Of a stretch of DNA of 64,000 nucleotides, positions 47,734-56,072 are shown in pieces (within the stretch, counting starts at the first letter, position 1; every line of letters starts with the position of its first letter). The position numbers were made by a program, and so were the translations under genes. The notes beneath the pieces are model-generated. The model saw only the letters and a program-made list of their open reading frames with translations, had not been told where the DNA came from and did no database searches. This stretch comes from a virus. The stretch is from positions 14,993-78,992 of IMG/VR virus record IMGVR_UViG_3300006802_000086. One strand, 5' to 3'.

Positions 47734-47976
47734 ATGAAAAATGAAGATTTAATACCCGTAACGGATAACACATTGAAAGATTTTGTGAACGCAAGAAAAG
47801 AAAACAAACCGATTGCGATACAGATGCAAAGATGGATAGAACACAAGAAGAAATATTTCTCAAATTTTCTATCTTATGCATTTGACAAAAAAGGAAATCT
47901 ATATAGGCGAGATTTTTTAACAAAAAACGGATGGGTAAAAGTTAACACCCTAGACGAAAACGATCTAAAGAGGTAA
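47734..47976 (+). CDS. Hypothetical protein
   Basis: SD AAGGAG, operon context. Confidence 0.6.
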   Translation: MKNEDLIPVTDNTLKDFVNARKENKPIAIQMQRWIEHKKKYFSNFLSYAFDKKGNLYRRDFLTKNGWVKVNTLDENDLKR

Positions 47977-47978
47977 TA

Positions 47979-48398
47979 ATGAAAGTTAAAATTAAAAAAT
48001 TGCACACAGAGGCAGTAATTCCCCAATATGCAAAACCAGGTGATGCAGGTATGGATTTGACTGCGGTTCACGTTTCAACTGATCAATATGGTTGTTTTAC
48101 ATATCACACAGGATTAGCAGTTGAGATACCACCTTGGCACGTTGGTCTCCTGTTTCCAAGATCTTCTATATATAAAACTGGACAAAGACTTACAAATTGT
48201 GTAGGCGTAATTGATAGCGGTTATAGAGGCGAAATCATGATGAAGTTCTCTCTATCAGCTAATCGCAATGAATATCAAATTGGTGATAGAATTGGTCAGC
48301 TAATTATTCTTCCATACCCTCAAATTAAGTTTGAAGAAGTCGACTCACTTGATAGTTCTGAACGCGGCGAAGGTGGTTATGGAAGCACCGGTAAATGA
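47979..48398 (+). CDS. dut: Trimeric dUTPase
   Basis: AGMDL, PRSS, GVIDSGYRGEI, RIGQL, RGEGGYGSTG. Confidence 0.95.
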   Translation: MKVKIKKLHTEAVIPQYAKPGDAGMDLTAVHVSTDQYGCFTYHTGLAVEIPPWHVGLLFPRSSIYKTGQRLTNCVGVIDSGYRGEIMMKFSLSANRNEYQIGDRIGQLIILPYPQIKFEEVDSLDSSERGEGGYGSTGK

Positions 48399-48639
48399 AA
48401 AAAACATAAAACCTGGCGATTTTATTTTATTAAAAATAATGAACAGGTGGAAGAAGTATGAAGTATCAAGTGTTAAAGATGACTGGATTTATTTTAAAAA
48501 TCCGGACGGAAAAGAGTTCGTTCTGAACACAAAAATACACACACATCATATGAAATATCCTAAAACTAAAAAAACAGAAAAAATCAAAGACAAAAAGAAA
48601 ACAAAGAAAAAAACAACAAGGAAAAAGAAAAATGGGTGA
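48379..48639 (+). CDS. Small basic hypothetical protein
   Basis: ATG at 48379 within ORF 48331..48639; Lys-rich tail. Confidence 0.5.
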   Translation: MEAPVNEKNIKPGDFILLKIMNRWKKYEVSSVKDDWIYFKNPDGKEFVLNTKIHTHHMKYPKTKKTEKIKDKKKTKKKTTRKKKNG

Positions 48640-49189
48640 ATACGATTTTATGATAAAAAGAATACAAAAATTAATTATTGATGTTCCGGACTTTCCAAAA
48701 CCCGGAATTTTGTTTAAAGATATATCGCCTATTTTTAGCGATCAAAGTGAGCTTCGAAATCTCATTACAGCACAAGCTCGCTTTATTAAAAACAACGGCC
48801 GAGACTTTGATAAAATCGTAGCAATAGAGTCACGAGGTTTTCTTTTAGGGACACTTCTTGCTTATGAAACCGGTTTACCCCTGGTGCTTGCTAGAAAAGC
48901 AGGAAAACTACCTAGAGAAACTGTATCAGCCTCATATGGGTTAGAATACGGAAGTGATAAAATTGAAATTCATACCAGTGACATATTAGAAGACGAACAT
49001 GTCTTGATTGTTGATGATGTATTAGCAACGGGAGGAACAGCGTCTGCAGTTGCAGACATTGTTGACTCACTAGGTGGAAAAGTAGCAGGCTTTTGGTTTC
49101 TCATGGAGATCAAAGATTTAGAAGGACAGGATAATCTAATTAATAATTGCCCAGGTATTGATGCTAGCGATATTGAAATAGTATTATAA
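48632..49189 (+). CDS. apt: Adenine phosphoribosyltransferase
   Basis: PDFPKPGILFKDI, ESRGF, RKAGKLP, YGLEYG, IVDDVLATGGT. Confidence 0.95.
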   Translation: MGEYDFMIKRIQKLIIDVPDFPKPGILFKDISPIFSDQSELRNLITAQARFIKNNGRDFDKIVAIESRGFLLGTLLAYETGLPLVLARKAGKLPRETVSASYGLEYGSDKIEIHTSDILEDEHVLIVDDVLATGGTASAVADIVDSLGGKVAGFWFLMEIKDLEGQDNLINNCPGIDASDIEIVL

Positions 49190-49232
49190 TCTTTGCTGAA
49201 ATTGATTATAATAGACTAAAAAAGGAGCATAT

Positions 49233-50234
49233 ATGAAAACAGCACTTGTAACAGGTGGTTGCGGATTTATTGGCAGCAACTTGGTAAAAAAATTAGTAAG
49301 CCTAGGATGGCAAGTAGACGTTGTTGATGACATGTCTAACGGACATCTAGATCTTTTGACCGGTCTAGATTTTAAAGTACTCATGAATGGGTCATTCTAC
49401 ACTGCGTATAATATGCAAAGTAGTGAAAGACCTCAAGATAGAGTCTTGATTATCCAAGATGACTTTGCTGATGACAATGTATTAAATGCAATATATCAAG
49501 GAAAATACGACGTAATTTTCCATCAGGCTGCTGTACCACGTGTAAGCTATTCGGTTGATTATCCAGCTCATTCAGCAAATGTCAATATTGACAAGACAGT
49601 TCAGCTTTTTGAAGCAGCAAGAGGATCAGTTGATAGAATTGTATGGGCTTCATCATCCTCTGTTTACGGAGGCGCTGCTAATTTACCAACTCGCGAAACA
49701 GAACAGAAAAAATATAACTCACCTTACGCATGGCAAAAAGGAGCAATCGAAGACTTTGCAAAAATGTGTTGGGATCTGTATAAATTGGATATTGTATGTC
49801 TAAGATATTTTAATGTTTTCGGCCCAGGACAATATGGCGACAGCCCTTACAGTACTGCAGTCTCAGCCTGGTGTCATGCAATTAAACATGGTGAAGAATG
49901 TCGTAGCGATGGTGATGGCGAACAAACTCGAGATATGTGTTATATTGATAATATTGTTCATGCAAATATTTTAGCTGCGAATTCAATTAATAAGTTTAGA
50001 GGTGAAGCATATAATATTGCTTGTCGTAGAAAAGTTTCCAATAATGAGATATTAGAGAATTTAAAAGAACGTTTTGGAGAAAGAGTAAAAATTAAACATG
50101 CACCTGAAAGAGTAGGAGATGTTAAACATACTTTGGCAGATATTACAAAGGCAAATCGAGATTTTGGTTATGAGCCCTTAGTTCATTTTTGGGAAGGGCT
50201 GGAAAAGACATACAAGTGGTGGGGGCTGGAATAA
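49233..50234 (+). CDS. NAD-dependent UDP-sugar 4-epimerase/dehydratase
   Basis: TGGCGFIGS, HQAA, ASSSSVYG, SPYAWQK, LRYFNVFGP, QTRD. Confidence 0.92.
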   Translation: MKTALVTGGCGFIGSNLVKKLVSLGWQVDVVDDMSNGHLDLLTGLDFKVLMNGSFYTAYNMQSSERPQDRVLIIQDDFADDNVLNAIYQGKYDVIFHQAAVPRVSYSVDYPAHSANVNIDKTVQLFEAARGSVDRIVWASSSSVYGGAANLPTRETEQKKYNSPYAWQKGAIEDFAKMCWDLYKLDIVCLRYFNVFGPGQYGDSPYSTAVSAWCHAIKHGEECRSDGDGEQTRDMCYIDNIVHANILAANSINKFRGEAYNIACRRKVSNNEILENLKERFGERVKIKHAPERVGDVKHTLADITKANRDFGYEPLVHFWEGLEKTYKWWGLE

Positions 50235-50809
50235 TGGCAGATTTAATTTTATATACCGGTCCAATGTTTAGTTCAAAGACGACCAGACTATTGATGGAAG
50301 CTGATACCAGACAATATAGAAAACAAAATATTATATCATTTAAATCAAGAATGGATGATAGATACTCATCTGTTGGTGAAATAGTGACACATAATTTTAA
50401 TAAACTTCCTGCTCATCTTGTTAACACTGGCGACGAAATGTTAGCAAAAATAGCTGAGCAGGAAAACCTAGGAAATTCAATTGACTGTGTTATTATCGAT
50501 GAACTGTTTTTAATTGAAGATGGTGCCACTGCTTGTGTAAATCTCTTTAAAAAAGGTTATGATGTAATCATGGCATCAATTGATTTGTCATTTACTGGAG
50601 AACCTTTTCTGGAAATTAAAAATATTATGCCTTACTGCACAAAAATTATTAAATGTACAGCAGTATGTAGTGTATGTCAAAAAGACGCGGCTTATACAGG
50701 CAAGAAAACACAACAAAGTTTATCCAACGCAAATGTACAAATTCAAGTAGGCGGTTCAGAACTTTACGAACCAAGATGTCAAGAACACCATATATATATG
50801 AGAGACTAG
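50234..50809 (+). CDS. tdk: Thymidine kinase
   Basis: GPMFSSKTT, IDE, CSVC, VGGSELYEPRC. Confidence 0.9.
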   Translation: MADLILYTGPMFSSKTTRLLMEADTRQYRKQNIISFKSRMDDRYSSVGEIVTHNFNKLPAHLVNTGDEMLAKIAEQENLGNSIDCVIIDELFLIEDGATACVNLFKKGYDVIMASIDLSFTGEPFLEIKNIMPYCTKIIKCTAVCSVCQKDAAYTGKKTQQSLSNANVQIQVGGSELYEPRCQEHHIYMRD

Positions 50810-50822
50810 ACAAGGAGACGAA

Positions 50823-51659
50823 ATGTTAGAACCGTCAAGCGTTAATTGCGTAATTTACCATGCCGATTGCACAGATGGGTTTGGATCGGCTTATTCAGCT
50901 TGGAAGTTATTAGGAAACCGTGCTGAGTACTATCCGTGTAAACATGGTCAAGAGCCGCCCGATGTCAAGGGAAAAAATGTAGTAATTCTCGATTTTTCAT
51001 TTAGTAATACAATAACAAAAAAGATGATCGAAGAAGCAAATGACTTAATGGTAATAGACCACCACAAATCTGCAGTTGTAGAATTGCATGATATATCAAA
51101 TACAATTTTTGATATGAGTAAGTCAGGAGCAACTTTAGCTTGGGATTTCTTTCATCCGGGCAAGGAAGCACCAAAATTTATTCAATATATTACTGATAGA
51201 GATCTGTGGAAGTGGGAATTACCATATTCAAAAGAATTTAGTGCTGCATTTGATATGGTGCCTTTTGAATTTGAAGAATTTGAAAAATTTGAAGATGACA
51301 GTGTTTTTGACGATGCAGTTAAGAGAGGTAGCTACATTCTTGCTTATTCAAAGACCGTTATTAAAAAAGTTTGTGATAAAGCATCAGAGCGAAGAATTGG
51401 AGGAAAGCATGTTATGGTTGTCAATTCTTCGCATTGGATGAGCGAAATCGGAGCAAAGTTATCTCCTGATTGTGATTACGCACTTATTTGGTATTATGAT
51501 CATAACGATAAAAAAATCAAAGTAAGCCTTAGATCTTTTCATGAGCATGTCGATGTATCAGACGTATCAAAGAAGTTTGGCGGAGGTGGTCATAAAAAAG
51601 CAGCTGGTTTTACCCTTCCAGGTGATTTTAAAATAGAAGAACTTTTTGACAAGGAATAA
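50823..51659 (+). CDS. DHH/DHHA1 phosphoesterase (NrnB-like oligoribonuclease)
   Basis: IYHADCTDG, IDHH, DRDLW, SLRS, GGGGHKKAAG. Confidence 0.88.
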   Translation: MLEPSSVNCVIYHADCTDGFGSAYSAWKLLGNRAEYYPCKHGQEPPDVKGKNVVILDFSFSNTITKKMIEEANDLMVIDHHKSAVVELHDISNTIFDMSKSGATLAWDFFHPGKEAPKFIQYITDRDLWKWELPYSKEFSAAFDMVPFEFEEFEKFEDDSVFDDAVKRGSYILAYSKTVIKKVCDKASERRIGGKHVMVVNSSHWMSEIGAKLSPDCDYALIWYYDHNDKKIKVSLRSFHEHVDVSDVSKKFGGGGHKKAAGFTLPGDFKIEELFDKE

Positions 51660-51662
51660 TAA

Positions 51663-52073
51663 GTGTCTAGACCTGAATGGAATGAAGTGTGGAAAAGATT
51701 TGCACTTGATATCGCAAAGAGATCGCCAGACCCCAAATTTCAAGTCGGAGCTGTTATTGTTACTGATGATAATACTCAAGTTTTAGCATTAGGGTATAAT
51801 GGTGATCATAAAGGTGGTCCTAACTGTAGAGACTCGCTTGAAACAGGCAAGAGCGGCTTTATTCATGCAGAAGTTAATGCTTTAATTAAATGTGATTTTA
51901 ACAATCCAAAGTCTAAGAAAATGTATTTGACACATGCACCGTGCCCAGTATGCGCAAAATGTATTGTCAATGCAGGAATTAAAACTGTTATTTATTTAGA
52001 AAAATATACAGACATGTCTGGAATTGATATTCTTAAAGCGTCAGGTGTTGATGTATTTAGTTTGTCTGGATAA
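51663..52073 (+). CDS. dCMP deaminase
   Basis: VGAVIV, GYNG, HAEVNAL, PCPVC. Confidence 0.9.
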   Translation: MSRPEWNEVWKRFALDIAKRSPDPKFQVGAVIVTDDNTQVLALGYNGDHKGGPNCRDSLETGKSGFIHAEVNALIKCDFNNPKSKKMYLTHAPCPVCAKCIVNAGIKTVIYLEKYTDMSGIDILKASGVDVFSLSG

Positions 52074-52117
52074 TTACTGCCCGAACTAATAATTATATTT
52101 AGTAAAGGTGGAAATAA

Positions 52118-52345
52118 ATGAATGAAAATTTAAAAAAAGCGTTTAAGAAAAACCATGTAATTGCTAGTGAACACCTGGTAATAAGACATAAGCCTACGAA
52201 AATAGAATACACAATCAGTCAAATAGTATTTAAAAAAAGAAAACCTTGTATTATAGCATATAGATATTACAGCAAACCTGGAAGCAAAAAGAAGGTATTT
52301 ATTAAAATTCTCGAAAAAGATTTTAAAGAATATGAAAGGATATAA
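52118..52345 (+). CDS. Small basic hypothetical protein
   Basis: SD AGGTGG; ATAATTA upstream. Confidence 0.6.
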   Translation: MNENLKKAFKKNHVIASEHLVIRHKPTKIEYTISQIVFKKRKPCIIAYRYYSKPGSKKKVFIKILEKDFKEYERI

Positions 52346-53023
52346 ATGAAAGAGTTATTTAACCAAAAAGCAAAAAAAGCAATCAAAGATACACTTAAAT
52401 TAAACGAATCTTTAAGTGCACAAGAAAAAAAGTTTACATTTAATTCTGACTTTTTAAGCGATGATAATCATCAAAATCACGTAGAATTATACAAAGGATA
52501 TGTTAAAAACTTTAATGAAATTAGTGCAAAACTAGACAGCGTAGATAGGCAAGGTGTCAATTGCAATCATTCACAATATCGTTCTCTCAAACTTGACGAA
52601 ACCTTCAATATGAACGGCGTTTATCTGCATGAGCTTCATTTTTCAAATATTGGTGATGTTAATTCAGAAATTAAGATGGATTCATTGGCATATATGCGAC
52701 TGTCACGTGATTTTGGAAGTTTTGATAATTGGCAAAAAGATTTTATGGCATGTATGGCAGCATCTCAATGCGGATGGGCAATCACGTACTTAAATACATA
52801 TACACAGACTTACATGAATGCAGTTGTCGACTTGCACACCAACAATGTGCCTTTTGGAAGTTACCCAATTATTGTTTTAGATGCATGGCAGCATGCTTAT
52901 TATCGTGATTATCTAAAAGATATTAATACTTATACACGTGCTATGATGAAACAGCTAAGATGGCCAGTAATTGAAGAAAGAATTAGGAAAGCTGACAAGA
53001 TTATACAGATACTGAGGAGTTAA
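52346..53023 (+). CDS. Fe/Mn superoxide dismutase family protein
   Basis: NHVELYKGYV, LHELHF, RDFGSFDNW, GWA, LDAWQHAYY (cf. DxWEHAYY). Confidence 0.85.
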   Translation: MKELFNQKAKKAIKDTLKLNESLSAQEKKFTFNSDFLSDDNHQNHVELYKGYVKNFNEISAKLDSVDRQGVNCNHSQYRSLKLDETFNMNGVYLHELHFSNIGDVNSEIKMDSLAYMRLSRDFGSFDNWQKDFMACMAASQCGWAITYLNTYTQTYMNAVVDLHTNNVPFGSYPIIVLDAWQHAYYRDYLKDINTYTRAMMKQLRWPVIEERIRKADKIIQILRS

Positions 53024-53024
53024 T

Positions 53025-53663
53025 ATGAGAAAAACAAGGCGATATCTTTTTGAAGATAATGATGATGTAAATACTGGTGCACCTGAAAATGATTTATCAT
53101 ATTCTAGTCGACCTAAGGCAAGAAAGTCTAAAGACTCTCTCGATGATCAGATTGACTCTTTAATTTTAATGTACGAACAAAGAGCTATTAAAAATGATGA
53201 TGATAGACTAGACGAAGCGCTATTTAAAAGATCTCTATTGACACTTCTTAGAGAGCAAGATGAAGAAGCTGCTGATGATGCAATGGATGATACTGCTGAT
53301 GATACTGCTGATGATGCAATGGATGATGGCACATCTGCAGATGATCCTTCAGGATCTGAAGAAATGAGTGCTAATGCAGCAGAAAAAGATTTAGTACCCG
53401 ACTTAGATATCGATCAGTTTACAATAAAGGTTGCCAGACTCATTATGAATTATCGATCTCTTTTAGAAGTAGAGCAGGTGATTTTAAACAGGGCAAAAAA
53501 CTTTCTTAATGAAAATTACGGGGATGTTTTTGTTAACAGATATCTACAAACGCTTGACGAACAGTTTGGTATAAATAGTAAAGAATTCGACGTCAGTTAT
53601 AATGAAGATGTACCTTTTGGTATTGGCGCAAATCCTGCCGGTGCAGGATCTGTAGGAGGATAA
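53025..53663 (+). CDS. Acidic hypothetical protein (putative head-associated)
   Basis: DSLDDQID motif, LLREQ site, Asp/Ala repeat linker. Confidence 0.6.
   Translation: MRKTRRYLFEDNDDVNTGAPENDLSYSSRPKARKSKDSLDDQIDSLILMYEQRAIKNDDDRLDEALFKRSLLTLLREQDEEAADDAMDDTADDTADDAMDDGTSADDPSGSEEMSANAAEKDLVPDLDIDQFTIKVARLIMNYRSLLEVEQVILNRAKNFLNENYGDVFVNRYLQTLDEQFGINSKEFDVSYNEDVPFGIGANPAGAGSVGG
53271..53328 (+). repeat. In-frame low-complexity repeat (ADDAMDD/TADD)
   Basis: GCTGATGATGCAATGGATGAT twice, flanking ACTGCTGATGAT units. Confidence 0.7.
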
Positions 53664-53664
53664 A

Positions 53665-53934
53665 TTGTCAGCGCAATACGATGTTTTAGTAAAAAAGTCT
53701 GTTCATTTTAGCCTCACTAAAGACGCCCATATAGCTTTAAAAATGGCATGTGCAGCAAGAAGCTTGTCAATGCAAGAAGTTATTGAAGCTTTTGCAAAAA
53801 GAATTGAGATTGAAGATAATAAAATATTAAGATTCTTGGATGAAGTCGTTGAACAGAAAAAACAAAAAGCCAATAAATCTTTTAGTAAATCAGATGTTGA
53901 AAGCATATTTAATATGATAGAAGAAGAAGACTAG
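53665..53934 (+). CDS. Ribbon-helix-helix-like DNA-binding protein
   Basis: KSVHFSLTKDAHIALKMACAARSLSMQEVIEAF; SD GGAGG. Confidence 0.55.
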   Translation: MSAQYDVLVKKSVHFSLTKDAHIALKMACAARSLSMQEVIEAFAKRIEIEDNKILRFLDEVVEQKKQKANKSFSKSDVESIFNMIEEED

Positions 53935-53943
53935 GAGGCTAAT

Positions 53944-54378
53944 ATGAAAATATCAAGACAGCAACTAAAAAAATTAATTTTAAATTCTTTAAACGAAGGA
54001 ATTTTTGGAGATATTAGTGACAAGATGAACTATGGTGCAAAAACCAAAGATCTTTTAAAAAACTCATCGCAAGATGCTCTTGATATATTTAAAGCTTGTA
54101 AAGGTTTGGGCACAGACGAAGAAGCAATTACAAAAATTATTACTAAAAGATCGAATGATCTGCATAAGTTATATATAGAATTTAATAACTTAATTGTTAA
54201 CTATACAAAGGCTAATGCAGGATTTAAATCAGTCGATAGTGCATTAGTCGACAAAAACTATAATCAAGATTTAATTGCCTGGTTAGAGGAAGAGGGCATG
54301 GATAACGAAGCAGTTTTGATTGAGGAAGCTATAGCAGTAGCAAAAGTACAAAGAAAAGAAATTCCAGCAGCTGTTTAA
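53944..54378 (+). CDS. Leader-bearing protein with an annexin-like repeat
   Basis: MKISRQQLKKLILNSLNE; DALDIFKACKGLGTDEEAITKIITKRS. Confidence 0.7.
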   Translation: MKISRQQLKKLILNSLNEGIFGDISDKMNYGAKTKDLLKNSSQDALDIFKACKGLGTDEEAITKIITKRSNDLHKLYIEFNNLIVNYTKANAGFKSVDSALVDKNYNQDLIAWLEEEGMDNEAVLIEEAIAVAKVQRKEIPAAV

Positions 54379-54393
54379 AGGAGCATTTTTAAT

Positions 54394-54747
54394 ATGAAAA
54401 AATTAAATAGAAGTCAAGTAAGAAAAGTACTCTTAGAAGAACTAATTGCCTCAGGTGATAAGATATCTGAAATGGAGCAATTTGCTAAAAGTAAGTCAGG
54501 AAAAAAAGTTATGAAAACTGCTGAGTCGATTAAAAAGGCTGGTGTGACAATGCATGAAATAGCCCAAGACCAAACTGGCGCAATGAGAAACACTTTAGGA
54601 AGTGTATCTAAGTTTGTATACGAACTAGGTAATGCCTTGTCAGGAATGGACAGTCTTGAAGAAGGTGAGTCTGTGTCAAGCAAGTTACCGACTGTCCAAG
54701 AATTTAAAAATGTTCTTAAAGAACTACAAAAATTAGAAAAAATGTAA
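54394..54747 (+). CDS. Leader-bearing hypothetical protein
   Basis: MKKLNRSQVRKVLLEE. Confidence 0.6.
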   Translation: MKKLNRSQVRKVLLEELIASGDKISEMEQFAKSKSGKKVMKTAESIKKAGVTMHEIAQDQTGAMRNTLGSVSKFVYELGNALSGMDSLEEGESVSSKLPTVQEFKNVLKELQKLEKM

Positions 54748-54757
54748 AGAGGTGTTT

Positions 54758-55027
54758 ATGGATATTGACAAAGTAAAAGAAGTAGTTGAAAAATTACCTG
54801 AAGATAGAATAGAAGAAATCAAAAAAGATCTATATTTAAACAGTAAAACGAAAGGCATATTAGACAGTATGCAAGAAAAAGTCATTTCTAGAAAATTGCT
54901 TGTGTTCTTGACAGCAACAATGCTGCTAGTGTATTCAGGTTTGGATGCAGATACATGGGGAATGATTGCTATGATGTATATAGGTGGTCAATCTGCTGTT
55001 GACTTCGCAAGAATATGGAAGGGTTAA
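54758..55027 (+). CDS. Putative holin (two TM helices)
   Basis: SRKLLVFLTATMLLVY and WGMIAMMYIGGQSAVD. Confidence 0.5.
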   Translation: MDIDKVKEVVEKLPEDRIEEIKKDLYLNSKTKGILDSMQEKVISRKLLVFLTATMLLVYSGLDADTWGMIAMMYIGGQSAVDFARIWKG

Positions 55028-55312
55028 ATGAGAAAACTAACTAGAAGACAATTAAGAAACCTGATTAGCGAAGCAATATTTCGTGAAGGATACGGTATCG
55101 ATACTGGATCAAAAAAAAGAGAAATAGGTAACTCTTCTTTTGAAAAAGCCCAAGAAGACGCAAAAAAGAACGGAAAGTCGTATTTTGTTAACAAAAAAGA
55201 TGAAGTCATTGTTTTTGATGAAGACGGCAATGCCTCAAAAAAACCTGACATGTCAAACAAAGATGCTTTTGATGCAGCTGACGGTACCGTGCATTATGTA
55301 GGGTCGTTATGA
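55028..55312 (+). CDS. Leader-bearing small protein
   Basis: MRKLTRRQLRNLISEAIFRE. Confidence 0.6.
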   Translation: MRKLTRRQLRNLISEAIFREGYGIDTGSKKREIGNSSFEKAQEDAKKNGKSYFVNKKDEVIVFDEDGNASKKPDMSNKDAFDAADGTVHYVGSL

Positions 55313-55638
55313 TCGATTGGCTTAAAGAAAAGTGGAAATGGCTAGTCGGCGGACTTTTCACAATTATTGCTGTTGTATTATCTAAAAAAAGAGATAGTAT
55401 ATCAAAGGTGGAAAAAAATGATAGCAAAGCAAAGACGCGTCGTGATAAAAAAGTCAATGAAGGCCAAAAAGTATCTTATGAAAAATTTATATCAAAAAGA
55501 TCAAAAGCGGAAAAAGAATTTCAAAAAGATGTTGAAGAGATTGCTGAAAGAAAAAAATCACGTCAAAAAGAATTAGAAAACAATCCCGAAGAACTAGATA
55601 GAATATTGAAGGAAAAATATAATCTAAAGGGGGAATAA
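55309..55638 (+). CDS. N-terminal TM + coiled-coil protein (inner-membrane spanin-like)
   Basis: WKWLVGGLFTIIAVVL followed by a charged helix. Confidence 0.5.
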   Translation: MIDWLKEKWKWLVGGLFTIIAVVLSKKRDSISKVEKNDSKAKTRRDKKVNEGQKVSYEKFISKRSKAEKEFQKDVEEIAERKKSRQKELENNPEELDRILKEKYNLKGE

Positions 55639-56033
55639 TGTTTTTATATACATTGATTGCATCATTATGGGCATCAGATATAGACTATATAACAATTGAA
55701 AAGGGAGAGGCAGCACCTTTTTCTGGAAAGTTAATGTCGACTTCTGCGCTAGTACAAATAGTTGAAACTCATGAGTCAGAAATTTTAAGACTAGACTTAG
55801 AAAAAGAATATGAACTACAAAAACAAGCAGATGAATTTCAACTAAAATATGAGCTATATGAGACAAGATGCACAGCGAATACAGAAATGTATCAACAAAT
55901 GATTGATGTTAGAGACAAAGAGTTAAGTATTCAATCAAAAAAAGACTGGATCCAGCAGCTAGCTTTTTTTGGTGGATTTGTTTTAGGTACAACAGTCGCA
56001 GTCGGCATTACCTATTCTGTTAATCAAAATTAA
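55638..56033 (+). CDS. Signal peptide + coiled coil + C-terminal TM protein (possible spanin partner)
   Basis: MFLYTLIASLWA, GEAAPFSGKL, FFGGFVLGTTVAVGITY. Confidence 0.5.
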   Translation: MFLYTLIASLWASDIDYITIEKGEAAPFSGKLMSTSALVQIVETHESEILRLDLEKEYELQKQADEFQLKYELYETRCTANTEMYQQMIDVRDKELSIQSKKDWIQQLAFFGGFVLGTTVAVGITYSVNQN

Positions 56034-56072
56034 AATTAGATTAATATTTAGTTAAGTGTACGTGAGGTTAAA

